NCBI RefSeq assembly: GCF_009914755.1 | Contig: NC_060926.1 | Strand: one strand, 5' to 3' | From: the human T2T-CHM13v2.0 reference genome, Homo sapiens | DNA: 64,000 nt | Shown: one piece after another, positions 55,510 to 64,000 of the stretch | Position numbering within the stretch: position 1 is the stretch's first letter | Layout: the number at the start of each line of letters is the position of its first letter | Program-made: the position numbers and the translations under genes | Notes under the pieces: generated by a model | What the model saw: only the letters and a program-made list of their open reading frames with translations | Told to the model about the DNA's origin: nothing | Database searches by the model: none

Positions 55510-57810
55510 ATAGTTGACAAAAACATAGCTAACATTACAGCACATAGAAATATAACTGAAAATTTGTCAGATTTAGAACAAGACAAAGATGTCCACTTTC
55601 ACAATTTTTATTACATGTACTACTGAGATGTCCTATATAAAGCAATTAGACAAGAGAAAGAAATAAAGGGCATCCAAATTTGAAAGGAAGAAGTTAAATT
55701 ATTCTTGTTCACAGAAGACATACCATGCTATTATATTTTGAAAAACCATTACAAAAAACCTCCACCAAATAAAACTGTTAGAATAAAAAAAAATTCAGTT
55801 ACCTTATGGGATACAAAGTCAACATATAAAAATTAGTAGCATTTATATATGTAAACAACAAATATCTGAAAAAGAAATCATTAAAACAATTCCATTTACA
55901 ATAGCCACTAGAAAGATAGATAGATAATGCTTAGGAATAAATTTAACCAAAGAAGTGAAAGATCTATACAAGAAAACCATAAGACAATGATGAAAAAAAT
56001 TGAAAAGGACACCAAAAAATGGATAGATAGCTCATACTCATGGTTTAGAATAATTAATATAATTAAAGCCAGGCACGGTTGCCCACACCTGCAATCTCAG
56101 AACTTTGGGAGGCTGAGGTGGGTGAATCATTTGAGGTCAGGAGTTCAAGATCAGCCTGGCCAACATGGCAAAACCCTGTCTCTACTAATAATACAAAAAT
56201 TGGCCAGGCGTTGTGGTATGCACCTGTAATCCCAGCTACTCAGAAAGTTGAGGCACAAGAATCGCTTGAACCTGGGAGCTGGAGGTTGCAGTGAGCCGAG
56301 ATCAAGCCGAGATCAAGCCTCTATACTCCAGTCAGGGAAACAAATTGAAACTGTGACTCAAAAAATTAATATATAAATAGAAAGAAAGAAAATTCATATA
56401 ATTAAAATCTCAATTCTACTCAAAACAAAAACAAATAATTAACATAATTAAAATCTCAATTCTACTCAAAACAATTTACAGATTCAATGCAATCACTATA
56501 AAAACACAATTGACATTATTTCAAAAATAGAAAAAAAGTCTAAAATTTGTATGGAACCATAAAAAAACCTGAATAGCCAAAGCAATCCTGAGGGGGGAGG
56601 GGGAAATCTGGAGGCATCATACTAGCTGACTTCAGAATATACAAGAAATCCATAGTAACCAAAACAATATGATTCTACCAGTAAAAAGACACATTGACCA
56701 ATGGAACATAATAGAGAGTACAGAAATAAATTCACGTATTTACAGCCAACTCATTTTTAACACGTGAAGAACATACGTTGAGAAAGGAGAGTTTCCTCAG
56801 TAAATTCTTCCGGGAAAACTGGATAACCAAATGCAGAAGGATTAAGCTAGAGCCATAAATCTCATTATATACAACAATTAAATCAAAATGTATTAAATGT
56901 AAGACATGAGACTTTAAACTGCTAAAATACAGTATTAGGGAAATGCTTCAGGATACTGGTTTGCATGAAGATTTTTGGGGTAAGAACACAAAAGTTCAGG
57001 CAATAAAAATACAAATAGACAAATGGGATCATATTAAGCTAAAAAGCTGCAAAGCAAAGGAAACCATCAACAAAGTGAAGAGAGAATCTCCAGAATGGGA
57101 GAAAATATTTGAAAACTATTCACCCTAAAAGGGCTTAATAACCACAATACAGGAGGATCTCAAAAAACTCAATAGCAAAAAACAAAACAAATAATCTGAA
57201 CTGTTAAAGGATAAAATATCTCAATAGACATTTCTCAAAGAAGACATACAAATGGCCAAGAAGTACATTTTAAAAAGTTCAAAATCACTAATCATCAGGA
57301 AAATGCAAATCAAAACCACACTAAGATATGATCCCATCCCTGTCAAAATTACTTTTATTAAAGAGAAAAAATAACATATGCTAGTGAGGATGTAGCAAAA
57401 GGAGAATTCTCATACACTGTTGATGGGAATGCAAATTAGTATAGACAATAAGAAAAACAATAAGCAAGATTCCTGAAAAAATTAAAAATAGAACTACCGT
57501 TTGATCTAGTAATCCTACTACTGGCTATATAGCCAAAGAAAATAAAATCATCGTGTGAAATAGATATCTGTACTCTCATGTTTATTGCAGCACTATTCAC
57601 AATAGCAAATATGAGTCAAACTATATGTTCAATGGATGAAAGGATAACAAAAATGTGTTACATATACACTATGGAATATTTTTCATCCATAAAAACAAGG
57701 AAATCCTGTCATTTCCAGAAACATGGATGAAACTGGAGGTCATTATGTTAATGGCTTAAGTTAATAAGCCATGCAGAGAAAGACAAGTATTGCACATACT
57801 CACTTATATA
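55510..57810 (+). mobile_element. L1MA-type ORF2 3' half, cut off by a THE1 insertion
   Basis: GCAATTAGACAAGAGAAAGAAATAAAGGGCATCCAAATT, ACAGATTCAATGCAAT, GTTTATTGCAGCACTATTCACAATAGC. ORF 56943 is ORF2-like (IDKWDHIKLK...WEKIF). Confidence 0.85.
56068..56390 (+). mobile_element. AluS inserted in L1
   Basis: Dimeric Alu with an internal duplication GCCGAGATCAA x2. Confidence 0.87.
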
Positions 57811-58175
57811 TGTATTAGTTTCATTCATATTGCTGATAGACATACACAAGACTGGGCAATTTACAAAAAAAAAAAAATGTTTAATAGACTTACAGTTCCA
57901 TGTGGTTGGGGAGGCCTCATAATCATGGTGGAAGGTGAAAGGCAAGTCACGTCATGCATAGACAACAGCAGAAAAAGAGAGAGCTTGTGCAAGGAAATTT
58001 CCATTTTTAAAATCATCAGATCTCATGAGATTTATTCACTATCACAAGAACACCAAAGGAAAGACCAACCCCCATGATTCAATCACCTCAAAACAGGTTC
58101 CTCCTATGACACATGGGAATGTGGGAGTTACAATTCAAGATGAGATTTGGGTGGGGACACAGCCAAACCATATTA
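57811..58175 (-). mobile_element. THE1 (B/C-like) MaLR 3' LTR
   Basis: TGTATTAGT...GGGGAGGCCTCATAATCATGGTGGAAGG...GATGAGATTTGGGTGGGGACACAGCCAAACCATA. Confidence 0.9.
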
Positions 58176-59178
58176 TTCTACCTTTGTCCCTTCCTAAATT
58201 TCATGTCTTCACATTTCAAAACCAATCATGCCTTCCCAAGAATCCCCCAAAGTCTTAACTCATTTCAGCATTAACTCAGAAGTCCACAGTCCAAAGTCTT
58301 GTCTGAGACAAAGCATGTCCCTTCTGTCTATGAGCCTGTAAATTCAAAAGCAAGTTAGTTATTTCCTAGATAAAATGAGGGTACAGGTATTTTGTAAATA
58401 TAGCTATCACAAATGGGAGAGATTGGCCAAAACAAAAGGGCTACAAGCCTCATGACAGTCTGAAAGCCAGTGGGGCAGTCAAATATTAAAGCTCCAAAAT
58501 GATCTCCTTTGATTCCATGTCTCACATCTAGGTCACGCTGATGCAAGAGGTAGGTTCCCATAGTCTTGGGCAGCACTGTCCATGTGACTTTGCAAGGGAC
58601 AGCCTCCCTCCCGGCTGCTTCCATGGACTGGTATTGTCTGTGGCTTTTCCAGGCATGCAGTGCAAGCTGTCAGTGGATCCATCATTCTGGCGTCTGAAGA
58701 AGAGTGGCTCTCTTCTCACAGCTTCACTAGGTGGTGGTCTCTGTTTGGGGGCTCCCACCCCACATTTCCCTTCTGTACTGCCCTAGCAGAGGTTCTCCAT
58801 GAGGACCCTGCACCTATAGCAAATTTCTGCCTGGGTATCCAGGCCTTTCCATACATCTTCTGAAATCTAGGAGGAGGTTCCCAAACCTCAGTTCTTGACT
58901 TCTGTGCACTCGCAGGCTCAACACCACATGGAAGCTGCCAAGACTCGAGGCTTGCACCCTTTAAAGCCATGGCCCAAGCCCTGTGTTGGCCCCTTTCAGC
59001 CATGGCTGGAGCGGGTGGGACACAGGGCACCAAGTTCCTAGGCTGCATACAACATGGGGACCCTGGGCCCAGCTCACAAAACAATTTTTTTTTTCCTAGG
59101 CCTGCTGTGAAGACCTCTGACATTTCCTGCAGACACTTTCCTCCTTGTCTTGGTGATCAGCATTCAGCTCCACATTGC
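58176..59178 (-). mobile_element. THE1 internal sequence, interrupted by HERV-K
   Basis: CATTTCAAAACCAATCATGCCTTCCCAA, GTCCAAAGTCT, CATTTCCCTTCTGTACTGCCCTAGCAGAGG. The reverse ORF WEPPPRFQKMYGKAW is the MaLR internal ORF remnant. Confidence 0.9.
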
Positions 59179-59761
59179 TGTGGGAAAGAGGGTTTCTGGG
59201 GTGCCAGTTGAGTTGGTCTCCCCTGTGTGAGACACCCATGGGAAGCCATGGGCAGCCTCTGAGGAGAAAAGTCTCCTGATTGCCTTCATGTCTTTATGCC
59301 CCAAGAGCATAACCGCTCAGTGGCATTCCACAGGTTGCTCAGGGAGATAACACTCCCTTGAAGCAGTGGAGTATAACCAAACATCTTGGCTCCTCCTGAT
59401 ACCCGCTCCCACCCGTTTTAGTCCTGATAAGTTAAAGATCTTAAGTAGTTTAGACACACACCTTTGCTCAAGGAAATTCACAGAAATCGCCACTGTTATA
59501 TACATCTTATCGAATGACTCACAAGTTCTCCTTCACTGATTAATCCTTTTCCTCATCCCTTCCTCCCCGTCCCATCAGCCCTAAGAACAAAGATCTTGTA
59601 AACCAATAAATTGGGTGGAGCCCGAGAGCTCTGGGCTGTGAGCAAGCCTCCGATGCTCCGGTCCCCTGGACCCGCCTTTTAAACGCTTATTCTGTCTAAC
59701 TCCTTTGTCTCCGCCAGACTCAGGGTACCCACTGGGTGGTGTGGGGCTGGTTTGCCCAACA
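59179..59761 (+). mobile_element. 5' LTR, LTR14C-like, 583 bp
   Basis: TGTGGGAAAGAG...TTTGCCCAACA termini, AATAAA at 59605-59610, followed immediately by the PBS. Confidence 0.8.
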
Positions 59762-59763
59762 CC

Positions 59764-59781
59764 TGGTGCCCAATGTGGGGA
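59764..59781 (+). promoter_or_regulatory. Primer binding site, tRNA-Lys
   Basis: TGGTGCCCAATGTGGGGA versus the Lys PBS TGGCGCCCAACGTGGGGC; two of the three differences are CpG-type C>T. Confidence 0.88.
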
Positions 59782-59905
59782 CCCCCATAATCTCTACAAA
59801 GTGAAGATTACACCAGAAGATTACACCAGTGAAGAAACACCAGAGCATGGACAGTGCAGGACGACTGACGAAGGACGCCCGAGTACGTTTTTACTTCAGG
59901 CTCCA

Positions 59906-59914
59906 CAGGTAAGT
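59906..59914 (+). promoter_or_regulatory. Proviral major splice donor
   Basis: CAG|GTAAGT, perfect consensus, 45 nt upstream of the gag ATG. Confidence 0.75.
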
Positions 59915-59953
59915 AGGGCACTTGGAGAATTCCAGGGTAACCTCGTGGAAAAT

Positions 59954-61820
59954 ATGGGTCAGGCTGAAAGTAAGTTTGCTAATTACTTAAGCCTGGCATG
60001 GCAGTTCTTGTGCCGCGGGGGGCGGGGGGTAATTGTGAGTACCCAAAATCTCACATCTTTGTTCTGTCTTGTAGAAAAGTATTCTTGGTTCCCAGAATAT
60101 GGAACCATGAATGTAAAAGATTGGGACAAGGTCGGATCAGACTTAAAACGAGCACAACAAGAGGGCCACAATATTCCCTTTTCTGCTTGGTCTGTGTGGT
60201 CGGCAATTAAAACAGCACTGGAGCCCTTCCACACTGAGGAGGAGGAGGAGGAGTTTCAGGATGATATAGAAAGTTTAATAACCAAGAGTCTGATAATCAG
60301 CAAAGTGAACCATCACAGTCTAATTTAAAAAAGGGAGAGAAACAGGAAACTATATATGCTGACCTCCAAAAACTTATGAAAGAAACAGTTCCACCTACTG
60401 CAGAAACAGTGCCACCTACTGCGCCTTTAGGGGAAGGTCCGTAGCGGCCACCCCCACTTCAGCGTTATGAATTTTTGGAATGGGAGCCTGAGACACGGCT
60501 TGCTCTCCCATTGTTGCATGTCATGCCATTAACTATGGCAAAGCAAACCTTCAGGCTTGCGCAACAGCCAATTACGGTGAGAGAATGATCCAGGCTTGTC
60601 CACCTGTTAATTATGGTAGAGGAATGCTGTGAGCCAGCCCAAATACAAATTATCGTGCAGGCAAATACAATCCAGGCATCCATTTGCCAGGCACAAGAAA
60701 TGGGGGATTTGGATGCTTGGCAGTTTCTGGTAATTATTTCACCAGCTGAGGAGCCCAGAGGACATGCTCAAGCATGCTGGGAGACATTTCCTTTTAAAAT
60801 ATTAAAAGACTTGAAGCAAAAAATTGGACAATATGGGCCAAATTCTCCTTATGTTCATTCCTTGTTACAATCTGTGGCTTATAACCAGCGTTTAATACCT
60901 ATGGATTGAGAGTCATTAGCCTGATCCATCCTGTCCCCCTCTCAATTTCTCCAATTTAAAACCTGGTGGACAGATGAAGCAACAAATCAGGCATGCAGAA
61001 ATGCTCAAGCCCAACCTCTCATTAATATCACAACTGATCAATTGCTTGGAATCGGACAGACATGGGGTACTCTAAATCAACAGATGGTAATGGGTGATGA
61101 GGTTGTTGATCAGCTCAGAACTATATGCCTAAGAGCCTGGGAAAAAAATCATGACCCTGATACTACTTAACCTTCTTTTAACTCAGTTCGTCAGGGTCCA
61201 AGGGAGCCTTATCCAGATTTTATCACCCATTTGCAAGATGCAGCTCAAAAGGCTATTTCGGATTCTTATGCCAGGAAAGTGATTGTTTAGCTGCTTGTTT
61301 ATGAAAATGCTAATACAGAATGTCAGGCAGTAATTACACCTATTAAGGGAAAGGCAGATCTAAATGAGGAAAAAACTTTAAGTGAATACATTAAAGCCTG
61401 CGATGGCATTGTGGGACACTTATATAAGGCCAGCCTCCTTGCTCAGGCAATGGCAGGACTAAGCGTAAAAAAAAAAAAAACACAGGAGTGTTCCCTGGAT
61501 CTTGCTATAATTGTGGACAGATAGGACATACAAAAAGAGAGTGTACAGAGAACCAAAAAAGGCAAAACTCAGGAGGAAAAAGCAGGGAACCAGGTACCTG
61601 TCCTAGATGTAAAAAAGGAAAACACTGGGCTAATCAATGTCATTCAAAGTTTGATAACCATGGACGGCCCTTGCTGGGAAACAGAGAGAGGGGCCAGCCC
61701 TGGGCCCTGATTCAATACTGGGCATTCCCAATTCAGGACGGGATGTCCCCAACTCCAAACGGAGTGTTCCCAGCCCAGAGTATCCCTGTACAAATGTACA
61801 GCAGTTGTCCCCCTCCATAG
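59954..61820 (+). pseudogene. gag: HERV-K gag (MA, late-domain region, CA, NC), disrupted
   Basis: MGQAESKFANYLSL...WFPEYGT...ALEPFHTEE; PTAP; CA (QYGPNSPY; MHR VRQGPREPYPDF); two CCHC knuckles, [14 protein letters not shown] and [14 protein letters not shown]. Several stops and frameshifts. Confidence 0.92.
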
Positions 61821-62650
61821 CTAAAAGGGTGGCAGTAGTCTTATGCTGTACAGAAGCCTTATTCCTCCTTCCTGGGGAGCCTCCTAGGAAGGTCCCAGTG
61901 GGAGTTTACGGCCCATTGCCAAATGGCATGGTGGGACTTATACTGGGAAGGGCCAGCTTAAACTTAAAGGGAATTCAAGTACATATTGGAGTAGTGGACT
62001 CTGATTGCCAGGGAGAAATTCAAAGTGTTATCTCCTCCACTCTTCCCTGGAGTGCTAATCCAGGTGACAGAATAGCTTAACTGTTGCTTTTACTATATGT
62101 TAAGTTAGGAGAAAGCTCAGCAAAAAGAACAGGAGGATTTGGAAGCACAAATTCAGCAGGCAAGGTTGCCTATTGGGTAAATCAAGTCTCTGACAATAGA
62201 CCTATTCGTATGGTCACTTTTCAAGGAAAACAATTTGAGGGTCTGGTCAACACAGGAGCAGAGATGTTGATCATAGCTCTTTATCAATGGCTAAAAAACT
62301 GGCCCAAACAAAAGGCCCCATGGGTCTTGCTGGGGTCGAAACTGCTGCAGAAGTTTTCCAAAATACTTTTATCTTAGCATGTCTTGGTCCAGAAGAACAG
62401 GAAGTCACAATACAACTTCTAATTATGCCCATTTCCGTCAGCTTATAGGGGAGAGATCTGCTTCTGCAATGGAGCACAGAAATTTCAATCCCTTCTCCCC
62501 AGTATGGTCAAGCTAGTCAAAAAATAATGTCAAACATGGGCTATGTTCCCAGAAAAGGCCTAGGAAAACAGGAGATGGGCATCATTGAACCTATACAGGT
62601 TACTGTAAAAAAAATGACTGAAAAGGATTAGGTTATCATATTTACGGGTG
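61676..62650 (+). pseudogene. pro: HERV-K pro: dUTPase + aspartic protease + G-patch, disrupted
   Basis: dUTPase motifs GRAS, GVVDSDCQG, GDRIA* and RTGGFGST. Protease FEGLVNTGA (catalytic D>N) and L*GRDLL. G-patch MGYVPRKGLGK. Confidence 0.9.
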
Positions 62651-64000
62651 GTTACTGTTGAGCCTCCAAGTCCTATTCCCTTAAAATGGAAGACCCAAAA
62701 TTCTGTTTGGGTCAATCAGTGGCCACTTTCTCAGGAAAAACTGGGGGCCTTACAGGAATTAGTCAAAGAGCAATTAAACAAAGGAAACAGTGAGCCCACA
62801 TTTTCTCCATGGAATTTGCCAGTATTTGTAATAAATAAAAAATCAGGCAGATAGCGCATGCTAACCGACTTACGAGTGGTGAATGCAGTCATCCAACCAA
62901 TGGGGGTCCTGAAGCCCCAGCTTCCATCCCCCACGATTCCTAGAGACTGGCCATAAATAATTATAGATTTGAAGGATTCCTTTTTTAATATTCCTCTAGC
63001 AGAGTCTGATTTTGAGAAATTTGCTTTTACTATTCTTGCTATGAACAACAAGGAACCAGCAGTCAGATATCATTGGAAAGTCCTGCCTCAGGGTATGTTG
63101 AGTATTTCTACAATTTGTCAAACTTTTGTGGGGAAGACTATTCAACCTGAGAGAGATCAGTTTCCCGATTCGTATATCATCCATTATATGGATGACATAT
63201 TGTGTGCAGCCAAAAATCGAGACCGACTTAGCCAGTGTTATTCATATTTACAGGAGGTGGTAGCCAATGCTGGATTGCTCATAGCACCAGATAAAATTCA
63301 AACAGCCACTCCTTTCCAATATTTGGAAATGCAGGTTCAGGAAAGGGCAATTAAACCCCAAAAGGTTCAAATTCAAAAAGACTCTCTGAAAACTTTAAAT
63401 TATTTTCAAAAATTATTAGGGGATATAAATTGGATTCGACCTACTTTGGGAATCCCTACCTATGCTATGTCAAATCTGTTCTCTATTTTAAGAGGAGACC
63501 CTGCTCTCAATAGTAAACAAGAACTGACTCCTGAGGCTGCCAAAGAATTACAAATGATTGAAGCAAAAACATAACAGGCAAAGGTTAATAGAATAGACTC
63601 CAGTTTACCATTACAGTTCATTGTGTTCCCTACTCTCCATTCTCCTACAGGGGTTATAGTTCAGCATGAGGACTTAGTTGAATGGTCTTTTCTGCCTCAC
63701 AATACTATTAGAACACTCACAGTATACTTGGATCAGATGGCAATCTTGATTGGGCAAGCTCGCCTTAGAGTTGTTAAACTTTGTGGCTCAGATCCAGGTA
63801 AGATTATACTAATGAATAAAAATCAGATTCGGCAAGCCTTTGTTAGTTCAGTCAATTGGCAAATAAATTTAGTTGTCTTCACTGGAGTTTTTGACAATCA
63901 TTATCCAAAAAACAAAATTTTTCAGTTTTTAAAGCTAACTACATGGGTTCTTCCAAAAACTACCCGTAGTGCTCCATTGGAAGAAGCAGTGACTGTGTTT
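62640..64000 (+). pseudogene. pol: HERV-K pol (RT and connection domain), disrupted, truncated by the window edge
   Basis: [59 protein letters not shown]. Stops at 62852, about 62953 and 63572. Confidence 0.93.

Larger units (their letters stand above)
59179..64000 (+). mobile_element. HERV-K betaretroviral provirus, most like HERV-K14C (HML-9); continues beyond the window
   Basis: Order LTR, Lys PBS, splice donor, gag, dUTPase/pro, pol (YMDD). HML group assigned from recalled LTR similarity. Confidence 0.9.

Noticed and set aside
58355-59211. Cluster of ORFs up to 135 aa
   Set aside because: Decayed THE1 internal ORF and its alternative frames.
62969-63574. 201-aa RT ORF with intact LPQG and YMDD as a functional enzyme
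   Set aside because: The N-terminal RT is cut off by upstream stops and a frameshift, the ORF begins at a non-ATG codon, and it ends before RNase H.

Overview
AT-rich primate (human-like) intergenic or intronic DNA made up mostly of interspersed repeats. I recognise no intact host protein-coding gene. The main elements are: (1) a near full-length Tigger1 DNA transposon carrying a full-length 7SL RNA retrocopy; (2) L1, L2, MIR, Alu and MER fragments; (3) solo LTRs from several retroviral lineages (MER74, LTR12, MER34-like, LTR8, MER39, LTR7/HERV-H, LTR22/HML-5, MLT1); (4) at the right end, a nest of L1MA > THE1 > a betaretroviral HERV-K provirus, most similar to LTR14C/HERV-K14C (HML-9). The provirus shows a 5' LTR, Lys PBS, splice donor and disrupted gag, dUTPase-pro and pol, and it runs off the window. 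The most speculative signal is a chain of minus-strand exon-like segments, from a donor just outside LTR7 to an acceptor plus poly(A) signal near 4.3 kb, which could be a spliced lncRNA. Repeat family names come from my recall of consensus sequences, so subfamily calls need RepeatMasker/Dfam. I see no convincing evidence of a new biological system.
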